Assembly (NCBI GenBank): GCA_030950485.1
Contig: JAUZRK010000001.1
Span: 103,998 to 167,997, forward strand
Source of the DNA: Candidatus Dojkabacteria bacterium
GTDB lineage: Bacteria; Patescibacteriota; Dojkabacteria; J137
DNA length: 64,000 nucleotides
Reading direction: 5' to 3'
The notes beneath the pieces are model-generated. The model was given only the letters and a program-made list of their open reading frames with translations. It searched no databases and was not told the DNA's origin. The translations under genes and the position numbers were made by a program. Below, in pieces: positions 1-10,365 of the stretch; positions within the stretch are counted from its first letter, which is position 1, and the number at the start of each line of letters is the position of its first letter.

Positions 1-7
1 TTGATTT

Positions 8-37
8 AAAAGGAGATCGTAGTAATACGATCTCCTT
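8..37. terminator. stem-loop (11-bp perfect stem, GTAA loop) at the 3' end of recJ; T-rich on the + side
   Basis: aggagatcgta/gtaa/tacgatctcct, flanked by tttgttatt on + and tttaaa on -. Confidence 0.45.
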
Positions 38-73
38 TGTTATTAAAAATATCTTAAATTTTCAAAATATTAA

Positions 74-1798
74 TCAAGAAAATTCAGTTGCACGTACATC
101 TTTCAATATAAGATTAATCTTCCTATTCCCATTCCATTCATTTATATCTAGATAGCCAGCTAGATCGAGAGTAGAGTAGTCTTTAATTTTAAACTTTTCT
201 TTAAAATTAAAACCAATAGCTTCTATTGGTGAGGACTCTGATTTTACAATAAATTTCAAATGCGTTTTATCCCTACCTATTTCTAATTTATCAATAATCT
301 CACACCCCATAAGAGCTACTGTTGGTTTAGCGTTACCATAGCCAAAAGGTTGTAGTAAATTCAATTTTTCTATTACTCCAAAGTCAAGATTTTTCAATGC
401 TATTACCCCGTCTATGCTTAGAGTTTCTTCAATATCTCCCTGACTTATTTCTTCATCAATATATTTTTTTAGATTCGTTGAAAAAGAATTGAGAGCAGAG
501 TAATCTAAACTAAAGCCAGCTGCGCCTGCATGACCTCCATGTCTAAGTAGGTCACTATCTAGCTCTTTAAGAGTTTCAGCCAAATTAAGATACCCAGGGC
601 TTCTTGCAGAACCCTTTAATATACCTTCATCAGTATTATAAGAACAAACAAATGTAGGTTTATTGTATTTTTGTGAAAGTTTTCCAGCTATTAGACCAAT
701 TATCCCTTCAGGCCAATTTTCTCCATATACAAGAATATGCTTATCCTGTTTATCAAGTTTAGCCTCAGCTTCTTCATAAACCTCTTTTGTAATATTTTGT
801 CTCCTTATATTTAATTCATTTAATTCGCCAGCATATTGCCTAGCGTGTTCTTCAGAACTAGTAGACAATAATCTAACTCCTCCCATAGCAGTTTCTAATC
901 GTCCGGCTGCATTTAATCTTGGGCCAATAATATATCCTAAATGATATGTTGAAGCTTCTTTAATATCTGAGCCTGCAATTTCAAACAGTGCATTAATTCC
1001 TGGATTAGTACTATTTTTCATCTTATCTAATCCAAGCTTTACGATAGCTCGATTTTCATCTATTAACGGCATAACATCACAAACTGTTCCTAAAGCTGCT
1101 AGTTCAAGATAGGAATTAGCATCAAAGTTTTTATCATAAATAATCCCATCTACTGAATTATTAGTTAAATATTTGGATATAGCTTTACAAACTTTCCAAG
1201 AAACTACCGCTCCACAAACCTCCTTGAAAGGGTAATCACCTAATTTCGGATGTACAACTGCTTTAGCGTATTTAGAAATTGCATATTCGCCTTCAATAAT
1301 AACTTTATCTTGTATTTCGTCAGCAACTTCAGAAGCATTTAGCAGAGTATGGTGGTCAGTTATTAAAAAATCAATTTTTTCTTTATACTTTTCAACTAGT
1401 AATACATCTTTAACTCCGCAATCAACAGTTATTATTAGCTCCCCTCCAGCTTCGATTATATTGCCTATTGATTCATCAGATAATCCGTATCCTTCATCAA
1501 ATCTACTTGGTATGTAGGGTACAACGTCAGCTCCCAATCTTCTGTATAAAAAGTCCCACATTATGCTAGTAGCTGTTATTCCATCGGCATCAAAATCTCC
1601 ATGTATAAGGATCTTTTTCTTATCCCTAACAGCACCTAGAATAGTATCTATAGCCTTATCAATATTAAGTAATAGAGTAGGGGAGTGAATCTGATCGAGA
1701 GTGGGATTTAAAAACCCATCTATATCATTTATATTTCTCTTAGATAACAAAAAGCTAAAGAAGTTATCCGAAGATTCTTCCGGTAATATCCATTTCAT
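74..1798 (-). CDS. recJ: single-stranded-DNA-specific exonuclease RecJ (DHH/DHHA1 family)
   Basis: 574 aa; DHH motifs HGDFDADGITA and ITDHH; length and overall architecture typical of RecJ. Confidence 0.8.
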   Translation of the reverse strand: MKWILPEESSDNFFSFLLSKRNINDIDGFLNPTLDQIHSPTLLLNIDKAIDTILGAVRDKKKILIHGDFDADGITATSIMWDFLYRRLGADVVPYIPSRFDEGYGLSDESIGNIIEAGGELIITVDCGVKDVLLVEKYKEKIDFLITDHHTLLNASEVADEIQDKVIIEGEYAISKYAKAVVHPKLGDYPFKEVCGAVVSWKVCKAISKYLTNNSVDGIIYDKNFDANSYLELAALGTVCDVMPLIDENRAIVKLGLDKMKNSTNPGINALFEIAGSDIKEASTYHLGYIIGPRLNAAGRLETAMGGVRLLSTSSEEHARQYAGELNELNIRRQNITKEVYEEAEAKLDKQDKHILVYGENWPEGIIGLIAGKLSQKYNKPTFVCSYNTDEGILKGSARSPGYLNLAETLKELDSDLLRHGGHAGAAGFSLDYSALNSFSTNLKKYIDEEISQGDIEETLSIDGVIALKNLDFGVIEKLNLLQPFGYGNAKPTVALMGCEIIDKLEIGRDKTHLKFIVKSESSPIEAIGFNFKEKFKIKDYSTLDLAGYLDINEWNGNRKINLILKDVRATEFS

Positions 1799-1852
1799 TG
1801 TAATAATTTTAAAATTACTTATAACAACTCGATATTATAAGAGATTTTAAAA

Positions 1853-2548
1853 CTAACTATTTTTAACTACATTACCCCCTTCAGAAACAAATCTATCTTC
1901 TTTATTTTCTTCAAATGCTTTAACTTCGTCCCTATCATACCATTTTAAGAATTTTTTTAGTCCATAAGTTGCAAATACAGCAGCTATTATTAACGTTACT
2001 GCAACTATACCTACAGTCCTAATTAAATTAGTAGTCTTTGCAGATTTATATTCATCAGTAATTGGAAGAATTTCCCCATCAATATTTGAGGCGTAATTTT
2101 TTCTTACAGTAACTACAAATGAATTATTTAATTCAAATGATTCAATTTTACCTATTAGTTCTGTAATACCTTGCCCAGTTGGTATAATTGTAATAGGGAG
2201 AATGTATTCACCTCCATCCTCTATACTTGTTACGCTTACTGAAGATTGTGGATATTTAAAGGCGCTCTTACCATCTAAAGTCCAAGTAACCCTAACTTTA
2301 TCTGAAGTCACTCTTGATGTCAGTTTTATTCCAAATTCTATTTCCTTACTTTTAGGGTCCTGTGTTTTTTGAAAAAATTCAGCTCTTAGTCCTGGTATGT
2401 CATCAATTACCGCATCAATATTCTCTTCACGCAGTATTTCTTCTGTTGGTTGCGAGTCTACTTGTGCTAAAAGTGGGGTAGCTAAGGAAAAACTTAGTAT
2501 GAACATTAGTAGCAGTGAAGTAGAAAATTTTTGAATATTTTTCGTCAT
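1853..2548 (-). CDS. hypothetical secreted protein with N-terminal signal peptide and C-terminal TM anchor
   Basis: hydrophobic N-terminus LLLMFILSFSLATPLLA, C-terminal TM helix IVAVTLIIAAVFATYGL. Confidence 0.5.
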   Translation of the reverse strand: MTKNIQKFSTSLLLMFILSFSLATPLLAQVDSQPTEEILREENIDAVIDDIPGLRAEFFQKTQDPKSKEIEFGIKLTSRVTSDKVRVTWTLDGKSAFKYPQSSVSVTSIEDGGEYILPITIIPTGQGITELIGKIESFELNNSFVVTVRKNYASNIDGEILPITDEYKSAKTTNLIRTVGIVAVTLIIAAVFATYGLKKFLKWYDRDEVKAFEENKEDRFVSEGGNVVKNS

Positions 2549-2921
2549 AGTTCATTCTAATGCTTAATGATTCATTTTTCTACAAATTTCTTATCACGTG
2601 AAATATTCTCGAAAGAATTCCTTGAAAACTTTAGCTTGTTTAGGATATAATCAACTAACGCTTTGAAGGAGAATACGTCGCTCCGGAGCACCAGAAAGAA
2701 AAGAGATAAGCAATAAGATAAAAGATTTAAGACAAAAATGTTCTTACTTCTTAGTTCTTATACCTTATTTCTTATTAGAAATTGGCGGGTAAGCCCGAGA
2801 AAGCTGTAATTAAGTGCCCATCTAAACAAAGTTTAGGTTGGGAAAAGGGGTGGTAACACCGTGACTTCATAGGTCCCCTAAAAGTTGAATTAAGATTTAA
2901 GTAATAAGATCTAAGACTTTT

Positions 2922-3284
2922 ATGGTGGACTTTACAAAACTAAACATCTGGATTCGTGCTAAGAATTTATCCGTTGAGATATATAGACTTACAGATGATT
3001 ATCCTAAAATAGAACAATTTGGCATCTCAAATCAAATGAGGCGAGCAGCGACTTCAGTTCCAGCAAATATATCTGAAGGGTGTAGCCGGGATTCTAAAAA
3101 AGATTTTTCTTATTTTTTAAGCATAAGCATTGGTTCACTAAATGAGATCTATACTTTTCTAGAAATCTTCTCAGATCTGAAATATCTACAATTAAGCAAG
3201 AAGAATACACTTATTAAAGAAATTAATGAACTTAAAAGCATGATCTATTCTTATAAAAAAAAACTTAAGACTAAGGAGTCTTAG
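2922..3284 (+). CDS. four-helix-bundle protein (23S rRNA intervening-sequence protein family)
   Basis: 120 aa, residues typical of TIGR02436-like proteins (..GSLNEIYTFLEI..); paralog at 43322-43687. Confidence 0.6.
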   Translation: MVDFTKLNIWIRAKNLSVEIYRLTDDYPKIEQFGISNQMRRAATSVPANISEGCSRDSKKDFSYFLSISIGSLNEIYTFLEIFSDLKYLQLSKKNTLIKEINELKSMIYSYKKKLKTKES

Positions 3285-3324
3285 ATCTTATGTCTTAAAT
3301 CTTATATCTTATATCTTTAAATAA

Positions 3325-6189
3325 ATGGCATTACCAAAAGGAGCTTACAATCCAAAAGAAAATGAACAAACTATACTTGATAGGTGGTTAGAAGCTTGTG
3401 CTTACAAACCCGAATATGATCCAAAGGAGAGCAGAGTAGTTAGTTTTGAGGAAATGAAAAATGATTCAAGAGAGGCGTGGAGTTTAATCTGTCCACCTCC
3501 AAATGCTTACGGAAGACCTCATATTGGAAATATTTCTGGATATGCATATATGGACGTAATGGCGAGATTTCAGAGAATGAATGGGAAAAAAGTTTTAGTT
3601 TTGCCAGGTAAAGACCATGCTGGTCTCGAAGGAGAGGGAGTATTCGTTAGAGAAGTACTTGAAAAGCAAAAAAGAGACAAATTCGACATGAAAAGAGAAG
3701 AGTTCTATTCAGAAATGATGGATTTCTTTGAAAACAATATGGATATTGCTATGAAAGATGAGAAAGAAATTGGACTTTCTGCAGATTTTGATAGAGATAC
3801 TTTTACACTTGACCCTGATATTGTAGAGACTGTTTTAGATACATTTGTTGAAATGTATAACGCAGGAATGATTTATAAGGGGGTTAGATTAATCAACTGG
3901 GATCCAAAGGCCAGAACTGCAGTTGCAGACAATCAAATACTTTATAAGGAATCAAAGACGCCTTTCTTTTATTTTAAGTATATTTATAAAACTGGAGACG
4001 AGAAAAGGGCCATTGAGCTGAAAAATGAATTTGAAGGAAAAGAGCTTGAATGGAACTATGAAAGAAATATGACAAAAGACGGGAAAGAGGATTTAACTTT
4101 TTCATATGGTCATTTGGATAATCTTGAGATTATGGGATATGGATACAGTAACGTCCAATCAGGAGACAAAATCAGGGGTAGAGTAGTGGGCATACAAATG
4201 AGGTTGGATAGTAAATACCGATTAGTGGTTATCCATCCTGACTATTCAGGAGACATCAAAAATGATATTGCTCAAACATTTTTATTCGAAGCAAAGTACT
4301 ACGCTGGAGCACACATTCTTTTATTCGAAGAGAATTCAAATGATTCAGATTATACAAATGGATTTGTAATTGGAACAGTACGACCTGAAACTGTATTTTC
4401 AGACACGGCAATAGCTTGTGATCCAAAAGATGAAAGATACAAAGAATTTGTTGGAAAAGAGGTTGAAGTAGAGTTCTTAGGAGAGAAGAAAAAATTAAAC
4501 TTCATTGCAGATTTTGCAGTTGATAAAGATTTTGGAACAGGTTTACTTAAGGTAACTCCAGCCCATGCAAAAGAAGACTGGGAGATTGCAAGCAGACATC
4601 CTGAAGAATGTTTACCTGCTATTCAGTGTATTAATTATGATTTAACAATGAATCATATATCTGGAGAGAAATATTCTGGTAAAAAGGCAAAACTTGTTAG
4701 AACTGAAATGAGAGAGGATATGTTAAAGAAGGGAAATCTTGTTTACGTTAATGATGAATACGAGAATAAAATACAGGTTGCAGAAAGAACTGAAGCCCCA
4801 ATCGAGCCTTTATTGTCTTCTCAGTGGTATTTAAGATACGACGGTATAAAGGAAGCTACAATTTTAATGGCGTTTAATGAGCATAATGATGATACAAATT
4901 TGGAACAGAGCAGAGAAGAACTGGAAGAGATATTGGAGAAATTCAATTCCGTAGGGGCAAATAATTATTTGCCCCTACGGAACGATTTACCCTTACAGAA
5001 GAGTTTACCTGAACAGAATGAAGATATTGAAACGAGAACAGATTCAAAGGCAACGAACCCGCAACCAGAGACCCATAACTCAGTTCACATACACCCCGAA
5101 ACAATGGTTCCAAAGTTTAATCATTGGATGAATAATTTAAGGGATTGGGCAATTTCAAGAAGTTTATGGTGGGGGTATAGATTGCCGGTTTGGTATTCAG
5201 GAGAGGTTAAGGAGGTTATTGATGAGAATGGACAGGTAAAGGAGTTGATTATGCAAAATGGTACATTTGTTGAATTAGAATATGCTAATCCAGAGCATAT
5301 TAAAGTACAGAAAGAATCACCTGGAGAAAGCTGGATCCAAGACGAAAACGTACTCGACACTTGGTTTAGTTCTGGGCAATGGGTTTATGCGACATTAAGA
5401 AAACATAATTTAATGGATGAATTTTTCCCATCAGACGTTATGGTTTCAGGTTTTGACATAATGGAGAATTGGATTAGTAGGATGATGATGTTTACTTATT
5501 TTAAAGAGAAGTCTATTCCGTTTAAGGATGTATATCTAACAGGATTGGTAAAAGGTACAGATGGACAGAAAATGAGTAAGTCAAAAGGTAACTTAATAAA
5601 CATTGACGAGGTTAGAGAAAAATACGGAACTGACGCGGTTAGAATGGTTTATTATTACCAAAATACTGCTGGTGCTGATTATGCAATGACTTATGAGAAG
5701 CTTGATACATTTAAGAAGTTTGTAAATAAGATTTGGAATGCGAGTAAATTCGTAGAGATGAATGTTGATGGCTCCGAAGGCGTAGGGACAAATAATAATT
5801 TGTCCTTACAAGATTTTCAATTGCCAGAGACAAAAGCCTTATTTAATCACATTCAAGAAATTAAAGAACAGATTACAAAGAATATTGAATCATTCGAGTT
5901 AGGTCATGCAACCTACAACCTTTATCATGGGTTCTGGCATGAATTTGCAGATGTCCATATTGAGGCTGTAAAGAAATATACTTATACTCAAAGAGATAAA
6001 GAAACAGGAGAGATAATTAGTGAGCCAAAGGCTGAAGAAAAAATTGAGGTGGGTAGAGTGTTGCTGTATGCTTTAAAGAATTACCTAAAAATGCTACATC
6101 CATTTATGCCATTTGTAACTCAAAGAATTTGGGATGAGTTAGAAAAGGAAGAGGGGGAGCATGAGTTTTTGATGTATTGCAAGTGGTAA
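3325..6189 (+). CDS. valS: valyl-tRNA synthetase (class I aaRS)
   Basis: 954 aa; HIGN-type motif PHIGNISGYAYMD, KMSKS motif GQKMSKSKGN, editing-domain-sized insert; carries an in-frame palindromic insertion at 4947-4983. Confidence 0.8.
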   Translation: MALPKGAYNPKENEQTILDRWLEACAYKPEYDPKESRVVSFEEMKNDSREAWSLICPPPNAYGRPHIGNISGYAYMDVMARFQRMNGKKVLVLPGKDHAGLEGEGVFVREVLEKQKRDKFDMKREEFYSEMMDFFENNMDIAMKDEKEIGLSADFDRDTFTLDPDIVETVLDTFVEMYNAGMIYKGVRLINWDPKARTAVADNQILYKESKTPFFYFKYIYKTGDEKRAIELKNEFEGKELEWNYERNMTKDGKEDLTFSYGHLDNLEIMGYGYSNVQSGDKIRGRVVGIQMRLDSKYRLVVIHPDYSGDIKNDIAQTFLFEAKYYAGAHILLFEENSNDSDYTNGFVIGTVRPETVFSDTAIACDPKDERYKEFVGKEVEVEFLGEKKKLNFIADFAVDKDFGTGLLKVTPAHAKEDWEIASRHPEECLPAIQCINYDLTMNHISGEKYSGKKAKLVRTEMREDMLKKGNLVYVNDEYENKIQVAERTEAPIEPLLSSQWYLRYDGIKEATILMAFNEHNDDTNLEQSREELEEILEKFNSVGANNYLPLRNDLPLQKSLPEQNEDIETRTDSKATNPQPETHNSVHIHPETMVPKFNHWMNNLRDWAISRSLWWGYRLPVWYSGEVKEVIDENGQVKELIMQNGTFVELEYANPEHIKVQKESPGESWIQDENVLDTWFSSGQWVYATLRKHNLMDEFFPSDVMVSGFDIMENWISRMMMFTYFKEKSIPFKDVYLTGLVKGTDGQKMSKSKGNLINIDEVREKYGTDAVRMVYYYQNTAGADYAMTYEKLDTFKKFVNKIWNASKFVEMNVDGSEGVGTNNNLSLQDFQLPETKALFNHIQEIKEQITKNIESFELGHATYNLYHGFWHEFADVHIEAVKKYTYTQRDKETGEIISEPKAEEKIEVGRVLLYALKNYLKMLHPFMPFVTQRIWDELEKEEGEHEFLMYCKW
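4947..4983. repeat. GC-rich perfect palindrome ttccgtaggggcaaataattatttgcccctacggaa embedded in-frame in valS (encodes SVGANNYLPLRN)
   Basis: perfect inverted repeat; same element recurs in two other genes. Confidence 0.8.
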
Positions 6190-6218
6190 AGTCGAAGATT
6201 TAAGTTTTAAGATATAAG

Positions 6219-6243
6219 AAGGTGCCAAATTTCTTGGCACCTT
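6219..6243. terminator. 10-bp perfect hairpin aaggtgccaa/atttc/ttggcacctt downstream of valS
   Basis: stem-loop directly after the valS stop; weak U-tract. Confidence 0.4.
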
Positions 6244-6289
6244 AGCTAAAAGAAATGGGATTACAAAACATGAACAAAAACAACTTCTT

Positions 6290-6754
6290 TTGCGACTAAA
6301 TAAACTAGAGCCGGGATTTTTTCCATTAGATATATTTCACGAATTTTGTAGACTAACTACTACTTCAGTTATTGAGTTAGTTCCATTTTATAAAGATAAT
6401 AAAGGAGAATTATTTGTTCATCTTGTAAAAAGACAGACAACCGATCCATTTTGGCCAAATATGTGGCATAACGTTGGTTCTGTAATTAGAGCTAGTGATA
6501 ATTTCGAAAGTGTAATAAAGAGATTAATTACTGAAGAGATCGGATTAAAGCAGAGTAGTACTGTAAAACCTACTTATTATGATCACTTCATAGAAAATAG
6601 TTTAAGAGGTAATACTTCGGCATTAATCTATTACATCCTACTTAATGAGGTCCCAGTAAATGGCAAGCTTTTCAATATTGCTAAGTTACCAAATGATCTT
6701 ATTGAATACCAAAAGAGATATATATTAAGGTGTTCAGATCATATTTTTTCCTAA
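6290..6754 (+). CDS. Nudix hydrolase family protein (TTG start as given; true start uncertain)
   Basis: Nudix-box-like segment VIKRLITEEIGL; Nudix-typical N-terminal beta strands. Confidence 0.5.
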   Translation: MRLNKLEPGFFPLDIFHEFCRLTTTSVIELVPFYKDNKGELFVHLVKRQTTDPFWPNMWHNVGSVIRASDNFESVIKRLITEEIGLKQSSTVKPTYYDHFIENSLRGNTSALIYYILLNEVPVNGKLFNIAKLPNDLIEYQKRYILRCSDHIFS

Positions 6755-6896
6755 AAAAAATAATATTGATATCATCAAAAGATAAACAATAGATATTTTA
6801 CAAGTTCACCTAAAACCCCCAGCTCAGAGTATATGAAAACATTCGACTACTGATGATATATATTGGTAACATATAGTAAAAATGCTATAATAATAT

Positions 6897-7691
6897 ATGG
6901 CAGAAAATACTATTGAATTACATATAACCAACGATCCATCAATAAAGGAGAGTGAAATACTTACTGAAGAGGGCTTACTAGACTTTTGGGCTGAAGATAT
7001 AAATTTTTCTTGGGATATATTATCGGAATTCTTTGAATATATAGGTAATAACCAATTGGATCCTCTTCAAACACTTAAAGCAAATTCAAATTCGTTCTTA
7101 CCTATGGTATTAGCAATAGATCACCTACCTAAAGATACGATGTACTTTGGGATTTGGCAGAGACCTTCGAAATACCTTGGCGAGGGAGATCATGAGCTCA
7201 TACTACAGGATAGACGCGTGCTTTTTAATTCTCTTATTAAATCTCAAGCAAGAAACAGCACTCCTCATCTATCTGATGTAAATAATATAATAAATAGCCC
7301 AAACATAGGCAAAACACTAGTTGAAAAACTGTCCCAAGATGGTATCGATCTATACACTAGATACCTTAGCTTTATGTCTGATAAATATCAGGTAGCACAG
7401 CTATCAGACAATGTAATAAATAACAAATTTTTTTGTGGGGCAAATTATGCAACATTCATCTTGACACAGGGTATACATATGGTATACGTTCTACATGATG
7501 ATCCATTCTCTAGGGATAATTTTGATTCGATATCAAGTTGTGAACTACTCACTCTAATATTTATATTATTAAACGACGAATATAAGGAACTTCATCAGTA
7601 TATAAATATCACTTATGGGATTGATAAAATGGTTGTCAAAAATGAAGATGCTAACTATATCCCTACAAGACAAAGTCAACAGTCTACCTAG
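6897..7691 (+). CDS. hypothetical protein
   Basis: 264-aa ORF, no recognisable motif. Confidence 0.4.
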   Translation: MAENTIELHITNDPSIKESEILTEEGLLDFWAEDINFSWDILSEFFEYIGNNQLDPLQTLKANSNSFLPMVLAIDHLPKDTMYFGIWQRPSKYLGEGDHELILQDRRVLFNSLIKSQARNSTPHLSDVNNIINSPNIGKTLVEKLSQDGIDLYTRYLSFMSDKYQVAQLSDNVINNKFFCGANYATFILTQGIHMVYVLHDDPFSRDNFDSISSCELLTLIFILLNDEYKELHQYINITYGIDKMVVKNEDANYIPTRQSQQST

Positions 7692-7700
7692 TTAATCTTT

Positions 7701-8911
7701 CTACAGATTAACCAGTCTTATTTTCTCACTCCCATAATACTCCAAATCATACTTAGGTGTTTTATAACCAGGCAATCTCCACTCCTCCAATTTCTCTAGA
7801 TCTGCTTTACTAAGCTTAAAATTAACCGCATCAATGTTTTCTTTAAGATGAGAAATATTAGTTGATTTTACAATCGGCAATACCCCTTTATTTACTAAGT
7901 AATTGATTGCAATTTGAGTTGTCGTCATCTTGTATTTATCAGCAAGCTTATTTAGAACTTTGTCTTCTGTTCCTGCAAAGTAACCCATTCTTAATGGCCT
8001 ATATGCTATTACTAAGATATTATTTTTGTTACAAAAATCTACAACACCGCTTTCTTCTGAGGTTCTTACCACTAAATTATAATGAGTCTCATTTGCAACA
8101 ATTCCATGTTTAGTATATTTCAAAGCTTCTTTCATATGATTAACTGAGAAGTTACTTACAGTTATAGATTTGATTTTCCTGAGTCAACTAATCTATCTAA
8201 TTCTTTAAACATTTCTTCAAAACCCATTTCTTTCGCTAGAGCAGGGCTATGGATCATGAACGAATCTAAATAGTGTGTATCTAGAATTTCTAAGTATTCA
8301 TCAACTTGTCTTTCTAATTCTTTAACATCTTTAATATTTCTAGCCTTATGCATATTTGTAAATTTCCCATTTATAAATAGTGATTCTCTAGGATAGTCTT
8401 TAATAGCTTTTGCTGTAGTTTTAATTGATTCACCTTGCGAATAATCTAAACAGAAATCAATATAGTTTAATCCCTGACCAATTGAGTATCTTAAAGCGTC
8501 AATTTCCTGAAATTCGCTAGTATATTTATTTTTAAACATATATCCTCCAACGCCCCAAGTACCTATCCCCATGGCTGATATATCTTGTCCATTCAACTTC
8601 AACCTTGGAAACTTATTATTTGGACCATAGTACGTAGAGCTTCTTTCCCAAATAAAGTCGTACATACTTTTTAAAAGTTCTACAAAGAACTTATTTTTTA
8701 TTGTAATAACAGTGTAATCTCTAAATCCGTTATCTTTTGTTATTATTATTGTATTGTCAAAGATCATCAATTCTACACCAGTAAAAATATTGTGAGGTGG
8801 GACTCGCACTTCTTTAAATAAAGATTCAGAAGTATGTGCAATATCTGACGCACCATAAGGTTTAGCCATAGGAATCAATTGATGTAGGTATACCTTTTTA
8901 TCTAACCTCAT
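7701..8911 (-). pseudogene. aldo/keto reductase disrupted by a 1-nt frameshift in an A-run (ORFs 8162-8911 and 7701-8135)
   Basis: N-part has IGTWGVGG and ends VDSGKSNL*; in the -1 frame the text continues KIKSITVSNFSVNHMKEAL.. (AKR SNFS motif) into the C-part ORF; shift at ggaaaatcaaa (+ coords about 8171-8180). Confidence 0.7.
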
Positions 8912-8980
8912 CTTTAAGTATCCTTTTAAATATTTATAATGAGATTCATCATCATAAACTCTAGATTTTGTATTAATTAT

Positions 8981-9403
8981 TTACCTAACCGGTAGTTCTT
9001 TTGCAGATAGTTGAGCTTCCATAGCATTTCTTTGCGCATCAACCCCTTTCTCAACTTTCATCCATGCTAGATTCTCATTGTTTTCTACAGCAAATCCTTG
9101 AAGATCTTCAACAACCTCTGCGATATTTCTAGCTTTCATATCTGCAGCTTGCTTTTCTTTATTTGCTAAGATATTTAATACTTCAGGGTCAGTTGCTTTA
9201 TAAGTAGAACCTCTTTTCTTTGGAATCTTAACTAGTAAACCTAATTCCTCTAGTTCATCTACTGATCTATATACTGTAGATTTATCATAATTTAGTTTAC
9301 CTGCAAGTTCCGCAGGGTTTTGTTCTCCGTTCTTTAAGAAATCTTCGTAGATTTTTATTTGGTAAATTGTAAGTCCTAGACTTGCTAGAGTAGAATAGTT
9401 CAT
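8981..9403 (-). CDS. TrmB-family winged-helix transcriptional regulator
   Basis: N-terminal HTH LTIYQIKIYEDFLKNGEQNPAELAGKLNYDKSTVYRSVDELEELGLLVK typical of TrmB. Confidence 0.6.
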   Translation of the reverse strand: MNYSTLASLGLTIYQIKIYEDFLKNGEQNPAELAGKLNYDKSTVYRSVDELEELGLLVKIPKKRGSTYKATDPEVLNILANKEKQAADMKARNIAEVVEDLQGFAVENNENLAWMKVEKGVDAQRNAMEAQLSAKELPVR

Positions 9404-9543
9404 AGTTTTTATTTATTACTAGAAGCAGTATAACACCATTAGCTATGGCATAGGTAGTTGCAATACAATACTACTAATTCACCAGTCGCTTAAATTGCAA
9501 CATACCTTACAATAGTGTATAATATGCTATACATAATATACAT

Positions 9544-10344
9544 ATGAGTACTAACTTTGACAAAATTGGAATCAGTTCAGAAGAATATTCTATATATGAA
9601 CTTCTTCTCAAACAACCTACATTAAATATCTCCGAACTCGCAAGAGAGAGCGGAATAACCCGAGTAACGGTTTATTCAGTCCTAGATTCATTACAAGAAA
9701 AAAATTTAATAAAGAGAGTCGATAATAAAAAAACAAAGGTTAAGTACTTTGCACAAAGTCCTGATGTGTTAAATGATTTTATAGTTAATTTCAAAAATGA
9801 TTCAGAAAAAGAGCTTAAAGAGTTAGAGAGTAGAATAAGTACATTAAAAGCTATAGCTGGCGATACAAAAGATCTAGATAGCTCAAACTTAAATGTAATA
9901 AGAGGAGCTGATGCACTAGATATTCTTGATCAGCTAATCTTAGACTGCGGGGAAAGCCTCTGCGGTATTTCATACGATTACCATGTCGACGCATGCTTTG
10001 AGTTCGATATAGACTATAGATTAAAAGATAACAAATACTTAGAACTAGTAATGAAACTTGGAGATAAATTTGCTTTTACTGGAACGAGCGAATCAATCAA
10101 ATCTTGTCAGAAATTAGCAAAAATGAATCCATTTTTAGAAGGTAAATGGGAGCCAAGGTGGATCGATAATAAAAAATTCAAGTTCAATATAAATCTTTAT
10201 TGCTACGGGGACAATACAGCTTTTTCATTAGGATCTAAAAAGCAGAAAGATTATCTAGTTTACATAATTCAAGATAAAAATATAACAGAGTCTATGCGGA
10301 ATTTAAGCCTATATTTATGGGATACAGCTAATTCTATTAACTAA
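9544..10344 (+). CDS. TrmB-family transcriptional regulator (HTH plus C-terminal domain)
   Basis: N-terminal HTH SIYELLLKQPTLNISELARESGITRVTVYSVLDSLQEKNLIKR; divergent from 8981-9403. Confidence 0.6.
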   Translation: MSTNFDKIGISSEEYSIYELLLKQPTLNISELARESGITRVTVYSVLDSLQEKNLIKRVDNKKTKVKYFAQSPDVLNDFIVNFKNDSEKELKELESRISTLKAIAGDTKDLDSSNLNVIRGADALDILDQLILDCGESLCGISYDYHVDACFEFDIDYRLKDNKYLELVMKLGDKFAFTGTSESIKSCQKLAKMNPFLEGKWEPRWIDNKKFKFNINLYCYGDNTAFSLGSKKQKDYLVYIIQDKNITESMRNLSLYLWDTANSIN

Positions 10345-10365
10345 TAAATTTATTATTCAAACATT

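Noticed and set aside
2780-2880. tRNA or RNase P RNA / tmRNA in the GC-rich segment upstream of the four-helix-bundle gene
   Set aside because: No T-loop (GTTCRANYC), no CCA-proximal acceptor pairing, and no RNase P P4 or tmRNA tag-frame signatures on either strand.
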